Part shown: positions 1 to 8,442 of the stretch, piece by piece
Layout of the letters: every line of letters begins with the position of its first letter
How positions within the stretch are numbered: the stretch's first letter is position 1
Virus record (IMG/VR): IMGVR_UViG_3300031953_000045
Coordinates: 1-41,388 of that record
Length of the DNA stretch: 41,388 nt
Source: a virus
Lineage: Duplodnaviria > Caudoviricetes
Reading direction: 5' to 3' (one strand)
Notes under the pieces: model-generated
What the model was told of the DNA's origin: nothing
Seen by the model: only the letters and a program-made list of their open reading frames with translations
Databases searched by the model: none
Made by a program: the position numbers and the translations under genes

Positions 1-76
1 TTCGGCTACTACCCCCCTAGCCTATTCGGCTACACGCACAGAACAGTCCATTGAACAATCCAATGAACAATCCAAT
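1..76. repeat. Origin iterons (TTCGGCTAC 1-9; CTAGCCTATTCGGCTAC 17-33) and 12-bp tandem repeat CCAWTGAACAAT (48-71)
   Basis: Seen directly; iterons inside an O-like gene, as in lambdoid origins. Confidence 0.75.
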
Positions 77-556
77 TCGGCAGCGCCTACGGCACTCCCG
101 GCCGTGATTGAAGTTCTCCCTGTTGCCAAACAAAAGAAGTCCAGCAAAGCCAAGGCCGACGACACGCAGGACACCGAACTGCAAGCCGCCTGCCGTGCAA
201 CGTGGTCAGCCTATGCCGACGCCTACTGCACCCGCTACGGCATCGAGCCAACGCGCAATGCCAAGGTCAACAGCAACGTCAAGGAATTCGTCAAGCGCAT
301 CGGCCACGACGAATCGCCCGGCGTTGCCCGCTTCTACGTGGACCGCGTGAGCGAAGCCTTCGTGATTCGTGGCTATCACGCCCTGGGCACGCTGCTGCAA
401 AACGCAGAGGCTTACCGGACCCAATGGGCCACCGGCCAGGCCATGACCAACACCCGCGCCCAACAGGCCGACAAGACGCAATCGAACTTCGATGCTGCCA
501 GCGAAGCCATGGCCATCCGCCGCGCCAAACAACAAGGTACCCAAAATGCTCAATGA
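2..556 (+). CDS. Replication initiator (lambda O-like), C-terminal part; N-terminal part at 41026-41388
   Basis: Frame is open from base 2 (SATTPLAYSATRTEQS...); carries the same iteron repeats as the window end; followed by a P-like gene. Confidence 0.75.
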   Translation, partial: SATTPLAYSATRTEQSIEQSNEQSNSAAPTALPAVIEVLPVAKQKKSSKAKADDTQDTELQAACRATWSAYADAYCTRYGIEPTRNAKVNSNVKEFVKRIGHDESPGVARFYVDRVSEAFVIRGYHALGTLLQNAEAYRTQWATGQAMTNTRAQQADKTQSNFDAASEAMAIRRAKQQGTQNAQ

Positions 557-1367
557 ACAAGACGTGATGTGGCTCATGAAGCAAATCGCCGCGACCGCCG
601 AACTGCTGGGCCAGTCCATCAGCCCGGTAGCCGTCGAGATGATGGCTGGCGACCTTGAGCATTACCCGCGCGATGCGCTGGCCGCCGCCCTGAAGCGCGT
701 CCGCACCGAGCACGCCGGCCGCCTGACGCCCAAGGTGATCATCGAGGCCATCGACGCCGCTATGGGTCGTCCCGGTGCGAACGAAGCCTGGGCAACGGCT
801 CTGAGCGCCTTGGATGAGCGCAATACGGTCGTGTGGACCGATGAGATGGCGCAGGCATGGGAAGTGGCCCGGCCTGTCGTTCAAGGTGGTGACGAAATCG
901 GCGGGCGCATGGCGTTCAAAGACGCTTACGAGCGCCTGGTGCGCGTGGCCCGCGAAGAACGCCGCACGCCGGCCGTCACCGTGTCCGTGGGTTGGGATGC
1001 TGAATTGCGCGCCGCTGGCGTCGAAAAGGCGGTCAAGCTGGGGTATGTGCCAGCCGGCGCCGAAGTGGCCTACCTGCCCCTGTCCCGGCCCGCCATTGAC
1101 CCGCTGCTGCTGCTGGCCGGGCAATGCGTGATGCCTGCAGATATGCCGCCTGCGGTGCGCGCCCGATTGTTGATGCTGCGCGACGAGCTGGCTACGGCCA
1201 AAGCGCAGCACGCCGAAGCAATGGCCCGGCGCGCGGCTGATGCTGCCGCCGATCTTGTGGCTCGCAAAGCGCAGGCGCAAACGATGGCTGACGAATACAC
1301 CGCCCTGATTGACGAGGCCGCAGCGCTGCGCACGGCCGAGTGGGCAGCCATGGGAGTGGCGGCATGA
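546..1367 (+). CDS. Replication protein P-like / helicase loader
   Basis: Follows the initiator gene; RPGANEAW motif typical of phage loader proteins; start ATG 546 overlaps the upstream gene end. Confidence 0.55.
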   Translation: MLNEQDVMWLMKQIAATAELLGQSISPVAVEMMAGDLEHYPRDALAAALKRVRTEHAGRLTPKVIIEAIDAAMGRPGANEAWATALSALDERNTVVWTDEMAQAWEVARPVVQGGDEIGGRMAFKDAYERLVRVAREERRTPAVTVSVGWDAELRAAGVEKAVKLGYVPAGAEVAYLPLSRPAIDPLLLLAGQCVMPADMPPAVRARLLMLRDELATAKAQHAEAMARRAADAAADLVARKAQAQTMADEYTALIDEAAALRTAEWAAMGVAA

Positions 1368-1942
1368 CCGCAACAGTTGCCGTCCTTTTCGCCCGCGAGG
1401 ACTCGATTTACAAAACGCTGCCGGGCACGGATGTTTATGACGCACAACGGGATGCGCGCACATGGGCCGGTGGTTCGCCGTTGGTGGCGCACCCGCCTTG
1501 CCGGGCGTGGGGCGCATTCGCCATGTTCGCCAAGCCGCGCGACGACGAGAAGGCGCTGGCACCATGGGCTATCGAACAAATCCGCAAGCATGGCGGCGTT
1601 CTGGAGCATCCGAACGCATCAAAGCTCTGGCCGGCAATGGGTTTGCCAGAGTCGGGCAAGACCGATGCATTTGGCGGCTGGACGCTGCCGATTCATCAAC
1701 ACTGGTTCGGCCATCGCGCCGAGAAGAAAACCCGGCTCTACATCGTCGGCTGCCGGCCGCAGGATATTCCCGACATGCCGATGGTGCTGGGCGAGGCAAC
1801 GCACGTCATCGGCGACGTGGGGCGCGCAAGCAATGGCACGAAGCGCCCGGAAGTCAGCAAGACTGAGCGCGAACATACGCCGCCAGCGCTGGCGGTGTGG
1901 CTGGTCGAGTTGGCGCGGCGCTGCAAAGGGGGTCGGGCATGA
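1364..1942 (+). CDS. Divergent DNA cytosine-5 methyltransferase-like protein
   Basis: AHPPC (motif IV-like), VLEHP (motif VI-like) and GHRAEKKTRLY (motif VIII-like); ATGA-coupled to both neighbours. Confidence 0.6.
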   Translation: MTATVAVLFAREDSIYKTLPGTDVYDAQRDARTWAGGSPLVAHPPCRAWGAFAMFAKPRDDEKALAPWAIEQIRKHGGVLEHPNASKLWPAMGLPESGKTDAFGGWTLPIHQHWFGHRAEKKTRLYIVGCRPQDIPDMPMVLGEATHVIGDVGRASNGTKRPEVSKTEREHTPPALAVWLVELARRCKGGRA

Positions 1943-2067
1943 GCGAAGAAGCAAAAACCCCGTGCGCCGGCTGCGGCTACCCGTTTGACCGGGGCGCGCT
2001 TGGCAAATACGGCTGCCCGAACTGCCAGGGCGATGACGTTGAAGCCGACGAATCGGAGCCGGCATGA
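1939..2067 (+). CDS. 42-aa zinc-ribbon microprotein (CAGC...CPNC)
   Basis: Read manually: MSEEAKTPCAGCGYPFDRGALGKYGCPNCQGDDVEADESEPA; ATGA overlaps at both ends. Confidence 0.65.
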   Translation: MSEEAKTPCAGCGYPFDRGALGKYGCPNCQGDDVEADESEPA

Positions 2068-2291
2068 CTGCCCTCAACCGCGCAACCCGGCACTACGCCC
2101 AGCAAGCGATGACGCCGGGCTGGTGGCTTCACGCACAGAGCGCCGTCCAGGCGCTTGAAAGCGACAGAAGCCACTACGGCATGTTTTCGGGCCTGCGGGC
2201 TGCTGTAGGGGGCGCCATTCAAGCCGCAGGGCACAAGCCTGCGCGCCATGAGTTGTCGGAATTGTGGATTGAGAAAAACATCAGGGAGTGA
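2064..2291 (+). CDS. Hypothetical protein
   Basis: ATGA-coupled ORF in the nin-like region. Confidence 0.6.
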   Translation: MTALNRATRHYAQQAMTPGWWLHAQSAVQALESDRSHYGMFSGLRAAVGGAIQAAGHKPARHELSELWIEKNIRE

Positions 2292-2295
2292 CGAA

Positions 2296-2484
2296 GTGAC
2301 CACGAAACTGCTTTCCAACGCCGCGCTACTGCGCAAAATCGCCCGGCTTGAAGCGCAACTAAAGGCTGCTGAGGCTTTTATCCAGCGCACGGCCCTGATG
2401 GACCTTCAGCTCGTCATGCGCCATGCCGACATGGGTGAGCGCATCAGGCAGGCGGCTGACATTCTTGCGGGGAGGTCGGCATGA
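2296..2484 (+). CDS. Hypothetical coiled-coil protein
   Basis: GTG start after GGGAG; stop overlaps the ninG ATG. Confidence 0.55.
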   Translation: MTTKLLSNAALLRKIARLEAQLKAAEAFIQRTALMDLQLVMRHADMGERIRQAADILAGRSA

Positions 2485-3179
2485 CATTGATCCGCAAAGA
2501 CATCCGCCGCAAGCCCGCAAGCACGCTGGGCCAGTTCTTCGCCGTCAAGGCCAAGGTCTGCCAGAACTGCAAGTGCAAGTTCACGCCCGACCTTCCTGGC
2601 GCGATTGCCTGCTCCGAGGATTGCGCCATCGCGCATGCCGTGTCGGTCAACGGCAAGGCGCGCAAGGTGGCGGCGGTCAAGGAGCGCAAGGCAAAAGCTG
2701 CCGACCGGCGCGAAACCCGCGCCAAGTTGGCCAAGCTCAAGACCCGTGGCGAGTGGCTCAAGGAGGCCAAGGTGGCAATCCAGCGATTCCGGCGCCTGGA
2801 AGAACTCGCGCTGGGCAGCGGCTGCATGAGCTGCAAGCGGACGCAGGCAGAGGTGGAGAGCGCCGACGCATGGAAGCCGGGCGGCGCATGGGATGGCGGG
2901 CATTTTCTGAGCAAGGGCGCCAGGCCAGAGCTTGCGCTGGAGCCCTTGAATATCTGGCTGCAGTGCAAAAGCTGCAATGCCGGGTCGAGTAAGTACGCTC
3001 GCAAGGGTTACACCGTCAATGCGTCGTTTCGCCAGAACCTGATTGACCGCATCGGGCTGGATGCTGTCGAGGCGCTGGAAGGCCCGCACCCGACGCAGCA
3101 CTACACGACCGACGACCTCATTGCCCTGAAAGCCACTTACACCGTCAAGGCTCGCGCTTTGCCGAAAGGTCAGTTATGA
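2481..3179 (+). CDS. ninG: NinG/Rap-family recombination endonuclease
   Basis: N-terminal CxxC...CSxxCA; GCMSC; WDGGHFLSKGARPEL...NIWLQCKSCN, the NinG signature. Confidence 0.85.
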   Translation: MTLIRKDIRRKPASTLGQFFAVKAKVCQNCKCKFTPDLPGAIACSEDCAIAHAVSVNGKARKVAAVKERKAKAADRRETRAKLAKLKTRGEWLKEAKVAIQRFRRLEELALGSGCMSCKRTQAEVESADAWKPGGAWDGGHFLSKGARPELALEPLNIWLQCKSCNAGSSKYARKGYTVNASFRQNLIDRIGLDAVEALEGPHPTQHYTTDDLIALKATYTVKARALPKGQL

Positions 3180-3328
3180 AACCAAGGAAACCGCGTCTGT
3201 TTATTGAGGATGGTGTCTGGCTCTGCAAGCGTGATTGCGAGGATCTCGGAGCTGCAGGGTTTGGCGTAACCCCTGCCGAGGCTTATGCCGATTGGATTTG
3301 GTGGAACGACATTGGAGGCGAAGCATGA
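3176..3328 (+). CDS. 50-aa microprotein, paralogue of the next ORF
   Basis: MKPRKPRLFIEDGVWLC...GFGVTPAEAYADW; ATGA-coupled. Confidence 0.65.
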   Translation: MKPRKPRLFIEDGVWLCKRDCEDLGAAGFGVTPAEAYADWIWWNDIGGEA

Positions 3329-3447
3329 AACCCCGGATCATCAAACACATGGGCATCTACCACTGCCACACAGCCCACAACGGCGTTTGCCGCATGGGGT
3401 TGGGATATAGCCCTGCGCTGGCCTATGCGGATTGGCTGGCGCAATGA
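3325..3447 (+). CDS. 40-aa microprotein, paralogue of the previous ORF
   Basis: MKPRIIKHMGIYHC...GLGYSPALAYADWLAQ; GGAGG RBS; ATGA-coupled. Confidence 0.65.
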   Translation: MKPRIIKHMGIYHCHTAHNGVCRMGLGYSPALAYADWLAQ

Positions 3448-3623
3448 ACCCGCCGTTCAATCCGCGCCTGGTGATGGCTGCCATGTGGGTATCCGAGTGC
3501 TGGATGCTGAGCGCTTCACAGTGGGGGCACTCAAAAAGCCCGATGCGCATGCGCCAGGTGTTGCACGACCGCGCCCGTGCTGTCGTGGTGCATGACCGGG
3601 TGCTGAATGGGCGGACGGAGTGA
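3444..3623 (+). CDS. Hypothetical protein
   Basis: ATGA and GTGA overlaps with neighbours. Confidence 0.5.
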   Translation: MNPPFNPRLVMAAMWVSECWMLSASQWGHSKSPMRMRQVLHDRARAVVVHDRVLNGRTE

Positions 3624-4072
3624 AGTGCATGCTCATCAAGAGCGCTGCCGGCCTGCGTGGTGCCACGCCCGACGATCAGACAACCTGGACCAAGTTCAAG
3701 CGCAAGCTCGAAACCATGAAGCCGGGCGCGTGGCTCAGGATGGAGTGGTCGAGTCCCCGCAATGGGCCGCACCATCGAAAGTTCATGGCACTGCTGGCGC
3801 TGGTGACGGAAAACAGCGAGCAGTACAACACGATCGAAAAAGCCCTGACCGCCGTAAAGCTGGCCGCCGCCTACTTTGACCCGTTCATTGATCCGCGCAC
3901 GGGCGAGATCATTCCGCTGGTGAAGTCCATCAGCTATGACGCGATGCCTCAGGAGGAATTCGACGTGTTTTACAGCGCTGCGATCGACGGGGTGCTGCAG
4001 TGCATCTTGCCGACCATGAGCCGGGAAACTGCTGACAAGCTGCTTGATATGGTGGTTGAGGGATGGGTGTGA
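3620..4072 (+). CDS. DUF1367-family phage protein
   Basis: RNGPHHRKFMALL and KSISYDAMPQEEFDVFY motifs. Confidence 0.75.
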   Translation: MKCMLIKSAAGLRGATPDDQTTWTKFKRKLETMKPGAWLRMEWSSPRNGPHHRKFMALLALVTENSEQYNTIEKALTAVKLAAAYFDPFIDPRTGEIIPLVKSISYDAMPQEEFDVFYSAAIDGVLQCILPTMSRETADKLLDMVVEGWV

Positions 4073-4119
4073 AGCGCTTCAAAAAAGATAGCGGAAATGA
4101 ATCAAAAAAGATTACAAAA

Positions 4120-4160
4120 TCAATTACTCTTCTCCATGAATATGTATTACAATAACAGCA
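4120..4160 (+). promoter_or_regulatory. AT-rich cassette promoter; -10 TACAAT (4148-4153) overlapped by palindrome TGTATTACA
   Basis: AT-rich gap, good -10, weak -35. Confidence 0.45.
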
Positions 4161-4200
4161 TGGGCAGGCAATAACGCAGGCCCGCAACAGGAGCTACAAA

Positions 4201-4437
4201 ATGAAAACCTACCAAGAACACCAAACAGCGTTTGAACAAGGCCAGGAAAACATTTTTGGCGAAACCCTGACTGAGGCGACTGTGACAACGCCAAAAGGCC
4301 AGGTAATCGTGATGAAAAAAGACGGCGACTGCTACTACATGAACGGCGCAAACAATTTTTACGAAGCAACCGAAATCGGCCGCCTACTGGAAAAGGCAGA
4401 AAGCAACGGCGCAACTGTAGAGCGCGTGTGGAAATGA
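4201..4437 (+). CDS. Hypothetical cargo protein of moron-like cassette
   Basis: AGGAG RBS; lower GC than the flanks. Confidence 0.7.
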   Translation: MKTYQEHQTAFEQGQENIFGETLTEATVTTPKGQVIVMKKDGDCYYMNGANNFYEATEIGRLLEKAESNGATVERVWK

Positions 4438-4649
4438 CCATCCCAACCAAGCGCCCGCCCGCCGAACGTGGGCAGGGTCGCAAGAGCGTACAGGGTGCCG
4501 GCCGCTCGCCGGTCCTGCAAATCCGCGTGACGCCAGAGCTAAAGGCGAGGGTCGAGGCCAACGGCATGGATTGGGCGCGCGCGGTGCTGGAAAAGGCCAA
4601 AGACCCGAAGCCAAAGCAGGCAAAAACGATAGCGCAATTTACCCCATGA
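4434..4649 (+). CDS. Small ribbon-helix-helix-like DNA-binding protein
   Basis: RGQGRKS...LQIRVTPELKARV...WARAVLE pattern. Confidence 0.6.
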   Translation: MTIPTKRPPAERGQGRKSVQGAGRSPVLQIRVTPELKARVEANGMDWARAVLEKAKDPKPKQAKTIAQFTP

Positions 4650-4819
4650 AAAGCGCGTCAAAGTCAAGCCAGCAAAGGGTTTTATGCTACAAATAAATGA
4701 TCGAATGGGTAACCATTTGGACCGTGAAAAAGGTAAAATATGTGCTGCAAAACGACAAAACCCGCCAAGTGCTTTCAACACCGGGCGGGCTTCTAGCCAC
4801 CAACAGAAAGAACCTGAAA

Positions 4820-5146
4820 ATGGATGAGCCAATTTTAACCGCGACACAGCAGACGGATAGGTATTACGAGCGCGAAGCTCAGCATATTGCCGGGCTGTGT
4901 CCGACAGGCGGGAGGTTGCCAAGCCCAACAGCCAGCCAATCACTGACCGACACCGATCGGCTGGACTTTGTGTTGACGCAGGACGCTTTTGTCATGAAGG
5001 CAACCTTAGACCATCCGGGCGTTCGCTGGCAACTCTGGACGCAAGACGGGGACGAGAACTACATCGTCCTGTCCGGCGAGCACAAGAGCTTCGCCACCAC
5101 ACGCGAGGCCATCGACGCAGCCATGGCAAAAGAGGCCGCACTATGA
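4820..5146 (+). CDS. Hypothetical protein (TDTDRLDF ... TREAIDAAM motif family); start uncertain
   Basis: Common phage accessory motif; ATGA overlap with the next gene. Confidence 0.55.
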   Translation: MDEPILTATQQTDRYYEREAQHIAGLCPTGGRLPSPTASQSLTDTDRLDFVLTQDAFVMKATLDHPGVRWQLWTQDGDENYIVLSGEHKSFATTREAIDAAMAKEAAL

Positions 5147-5586
5147 CCAAGACCTTGCGCGAACTACACCAGCAGGCATTGAATGCGCTGGCCGAATGCC
5201 TGTACGCCAGCACGAACAAATCAGAGCGCATGGCAAATGCTGCCGTCGAAGCGCTGACCGCCGCCCTGGCCCTGCCTGATGAGCCGGTGGCATGGCGCAT
5301 CAACTACACCGGCGCCGATGGCATCGAATACAGGCGAATTTTCGGGCATAACGCCATTGGCGATTACCGTGCGATTGACCCAAAGGCGACAAGCACGCCA
5401 CTCTACGCCACCCCTCAATCTGCGCCACTGGAGCGCCAGCCGCTGACGGACGAGCAGATCACCGAAGCGCTGCACTCTGTAAAAGTCGCCTTATGCATGG
5501 TTTCAGCGCCAGACGACATCACGGAGTTCAGGCGGATTTTTGTCCGCGCCATTGAGAAATCCCACGGCATCAAAGGCGCAGCATGA
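5143..5586 (+). CDS. Hypothetical mosaic phage protein (EPVAW..., PLYA, PLTDEQI motifs)
   Basis: GAGG RBS; typical phage accessory motifs. Confidence 0.65.
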   Translation: MTKTLRELHQQALNALAECLYASTNKSERMANAAVEALTAALALPDEPVAWRINYTGADGIEYRRIFGHNAIGDYRAIDPKATSTPLYATPQSAPLERQPLTDEQITEALHSVKVALCMVSAPDDITEFRRIFVRAIEKSHGIKGAA

Positions 5587-5963
5587 CCGCCAAAGCCCTC
5601 ACCTCGCAGCAAAAGCGCACCAAGTCATTAATCATGGCCAAGTCCGGTCTATCGGCTCGCACGGTGCAAAAGCATCTCCATGCACTGCACGGCCAGCAAG
5701 AGGCATATATCAGCCATTGGCTCAGAGCTGCAGCACAGGGGCAGCCAAGCCCGGTGTACGCGATTGGCACTGGTGAGGATGCGCCCAAGCCTGCGCCAAT
5801 GCTTGCACCCAAGGAGGGTGGACGGTCAAACTGCAATGAGGCGCGGAACCTCAGGCGCAGGAATGCGCGGCTGATGGCGCTGAGGCCGGTAGCCGATTGC
5901 ATGCTTCCGCGTGCGCTGGCTGGGCAGAGGGCGGCGTTTCCGCTGGCTGGGGTTTGGGCGTGA
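5583..5963 (+). CDS. Putative winged-HTH DNA-binding protein
   Basis: SGLSARTVQKHLHAL...YISHW...PVYAIG. Confidence 0.55.
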   Translation: MTAKALTSQQKRTKSLIMAKSGLSARTVQKHLHALHGQQEAYISHWLRAAAQGQPSPVYAIGTGEDAPKPAPMLAPKEGGRSNCNEARNLRRRNARLMALRPVADCMLPRALAGQRAAFPLAGVWA

Positions 5964-5979
5964 TGAATAAAGGGATGCC

Positions 5980-6354
5980 ATGATTGACGACAGCCGCAAC
6001 CTCTTGAGTGACCTTTTGCGCCAATGGCACCGATGGGCCAGCGGCTATCAGCATGTGGGTGGCATCAACTCCAGTCCGATGTTTCGCGGCACAGTGCCCA
6101 ACAAGACGCGCGAGGATGATGACGCGGTGGATGGCGCCATCAACAACTCAACGTGTGAGGCCATCAATTTCCAAATATTTGAAATGTCCCCGGCTCATCG
6201 AACGGTGTTGCAGCTGCAGGCGAGAAACCTGTACACGGGCGCATCGGTATGGAGTAGCCCGCGCCTGCCTGCTGACCCAGAAGAGCGCACAGTGATACTG
6301 ATGGAAGCTCGGAATGCACTGATGAAGCGGCTTATTTTTTGTGGGGTGGTGTGA
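5980..6354 (+). CDS. Late antiterminator (Q-like)
   Basis: Last early gene before a pR'-like promoter and terminator; LLRQWHRW N-terminus. Confidence 0.55.
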   Translation: MIDDSRNLLSDLLRQWHRWASGYQHVGGINSSPMFRGTVPNKTREDDDAVDGAINNSTCEAINFQIFEMSPAHRTVLQLQARNLYTGASVWSSPRLPADPEERTVILMEARNALMKRLIFCGVV

Positions 6355-6360
6355 AAACGC

Positions 6361-6388
6361 TTGACAGGCTCGAAAATTAGGGCAGAAT
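6361..6388 (+). promoter_or_regulatory. Late promoter pR'-like: TTGACA-16-CAGAAT
   Basis: Consensus -35 directly after the Q-like gene. Confidence 0.6.
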
Positions 6389-6421
6389 TTGGGTAGGGGC
6401 ATAACTCGCCCTAAACATTTC

Positions 6422-6453
6422 AGCCGCCTGATGCAAGTCACGCGGCTATTTTT
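6422..6453 (+). terminator. tR'-like intrinsic terminator
   Basis: AGCCGC...GCGGCT stem followed by a T-run. Confidence 0.6.
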
Positions 6454-6482
6454 ACGCCTTGCGACATTGCAGGCACCAATTG

Positions 6483-6610
6483 AACCCCGATTCATCGGCG
6501 AGCACGGCGCCGACCAGCGCGGGTAAACGCTGGTTTCTCCGCAGTAAGCGCACCTACCGGGCAGCGCGAACGGCAACACCCAGCGCGCAAGCGTAGCCCG
6601 ATGGGGGGTT
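6483..6610 (+). ncRNA. Putative structured late-leader RNA
   Basis: Closing stem AACCCC/CATCGG with CCGATG/GGGGTT; hairpin ACCAGCG/CGCTGGT; CGC-GCAA-GCG tetraloop. Confidence 0.35.
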
Positions 6611-6634
6611 AGTCAACTCTTTGAAAGCCTTTGA

Positions 6635-6925
6635 ATGATTGAAAATAATCAAACCAATTCAAAGCGCGGCGGGGCACGCAAGAACGCGGGGCGCAAAGCT
6701 GGCGCTGCGACAACCAAGACGCGAGAGATTGCTGATAAAGCGATGGAAGAAGGCATTAGCCCGCTGGAGTACATCCTGAGCGTGATGCGCAGCGTTGAAG
6801 CTGAGCCGCGCGAGCGACTGGCTGCGGCCAATATGGCAGCGCCCTATGTGCATCCGCGCCTGTCCAGCATCGAAATGAACGCCTCTGTGACGAACCACGA
6901 GGCGGCGCTTGATGCGCTCAAATGA
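6635..6925 (+). CDS. terS: Terminase small subunit
   Basis: RGGARKNAGRK, PLEYILSVM and AAPYVHPRLSSIE motifs; directly upstream of terL. Confidence 0.8.
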   Translation: MIENNQTNSKRGGARKNAGRKAGAATTKTREIADKAMEEGISPLEYILSVMRSVEAEPRERLAAANMAAPYVHPRLSSIEMNASVTNHEAALDALK

Positions 6926-8436
6926 CCGAGCAGGAGCTTGACGTTCGGCAGCGCCTGAAAGACGACTTCCTGCACTATGCATCGAAGTGCCTGAAGATCC
7001 GCACCAAGGATGCCAAGGTCGAGCCATTCGTCTTGAACGCAGCGCAGCTGTATATCCATGAGCGGCTGGAGCAGCAGCGCCAGGAAACAGGGCGCATCAG
7101 GGCGCTGATCCTTAAGGGTCGGCAGCAAGGATGCTCCACCTATGTGGAAGGCCGTTATTACTGGCGCGTGACACATTCCAAAGGCTTGCGGGCCTTTATC
7201 CTGACGCATGAAGAAGAAGCGACTAACAACCTGTTCGAGATTGCCAACAGGTATCACGAGAATTGCCCGGTGCTGGTCAAGCCTGGAACGAGCGCATCGA
7301 ACGCCAAGGAGTTGTACTTCAATAAGCTGGATTCAGGCTACAAGGTCGGGACGGCGGGTAATAAGGCGGTGGGGCGAGGCTCCACGATTCAGCTCTTTCA
7401 CGGCTCCGAGGTGGGATTCTGGCCGAATGCCCAGATGCACGCCGCTGGCATCCTGCAGGCCATCCCTGACGCACCAGATACAGAGTCGATCATGGAATCG
7501 ACTGCCAACGGAATCGGTAATTATTTTCATCAGCAATGGCAGGCCGCAGAGGCTGGGCAGTCGGAGTACATCGCTATTTTTGTGCCGTGGTTCTGGCAGC
7601 CTGAGTATGTCAAGAGGCTGCCACCAGGGTTTGAGTTGACGCCCGAGGAAAAGGACTACCGCGACGCCTACAGCCTGACGCTAGAGCAAATGGCATGGCG
7701 GCGCTCCAAGACTGTCGAGTTGCGCGATGACACGCTATTCAAGCAGGAATATCCCGCCACGGCGGCTGAAGCCTTTCAGGTGTCTGGGTTGGACCCGTAC
7801 ATCAAGGGCGACATCGTAGTGAAGGCGCGCAAGGCAGACGCCGAGGCGGTCGGCCCCAAGCTGATTGGGGTTGATCCGGCGCGCTTTGGCGATGACCGGA
7901 CTTCTATTTGCTACCGCCAGGGCCGAAAGGTGCATTGGCTGCGCAGCTACAGCAAGAAAAGCACCATGGAAGTGGCCGGGCTGGTGCTGCAGATCATCAA
8001 GGAAGTCAAGCCCGACCAGGTGGCCGTCGATGTGGGCGGGCTGGGCGCAGGGGTTTATGACCGGCTGCAAGAGTTGATCCCCTACGGCAGTACGGACCTA
8101 GTGCAAGTGAATAGCTCCGAGTCACCCTACGACGCCAAGAAGTACACCAACAAGCGAGCCGAAATGTGGGGCGAGATGAAAGCCTGGATGGAAGCGCAAC
8201 CGGCACAGATACCGGACAGCGACGAAATGCAGGCTGACTTGACCCAGATCAGGTACAGCTACGACAGCAACAGCGCGCTCAAGATGGAGCGCAAAGAGGA
8301 TATGAAGAAGCGCGGCTTCAGGTCGCCAGATACCGCCGACGCGCTGGGACTTACCTTTGCGCGCCCCGTGGTTGCTTCATCCAACATGATGCCCATTGAG
8401 CAAGCCAGCGCCGACGCTGACGGCTTTTTCTTCTGA
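6922..8436 (+). CDS. terL: Terminase large subunit
   Basis: ILKGRQQGCST Walker A, MESTANG, GVDPARFGDD nuclease motif, SPDTADAL. Confidence 0.95.
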   Translation: MTEQELDVRQRLKDDFLHYASKCLKIRTKDAKVEPFVLNAAQLYIHERLEQQRQETGRIRALILKGRQQGCSTYVEGRYYWRVTHSKGLRAFILTHEEEATNNLFEIANRYHENCPVLVKPGTSASNAKELYFNKLDSGYKVGTAGNKAVGRGSTIQLFHGSEVGFWPNAQMHAAGILQAIPDAPDTESIMESTANGIGNYFHQQWQAAEAGQSEYIAIFVPWFWQPEYVKRLPPGFELTPEEKDYRDAYSLTLEQMAWRRSKTVELRDDTLFKQEYPATAAEAFQVSGLDPYIKGDIVVKARKADAEAVGPKLIGVDPARFGDDRTSICYRQGRKVHWLRSYSKKSTMEVAGLVLQIIKEVKPDQVAVDVGGLGAGVYDRLQELIPYGSTDLVQVNSSESPYDAKKYTNKRAEMWGEMKAWMEAQPAQIPDSDEMQADLTQIRYSYDSNSALKMERKEDMKKRGFRSPDTADALGLTFARPVVASSNMMPIEQASADADGFFF

Positions 8437-8442
8437 GAACCA

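Noticed and set aside
291-1565. Long minus-strand ORFs over replication and structural genes (also 10940-11812, 18717-19676)
   Set aside because: Shadow ORFs expected in high-GC coding DNA; the plus-strand genes carry recognisable motifs
6460-6615. tRNA or known ribozyme
   Set aside because: No GTTCRA T-loop, cloverleaf or hammerhead/HDV core recognised
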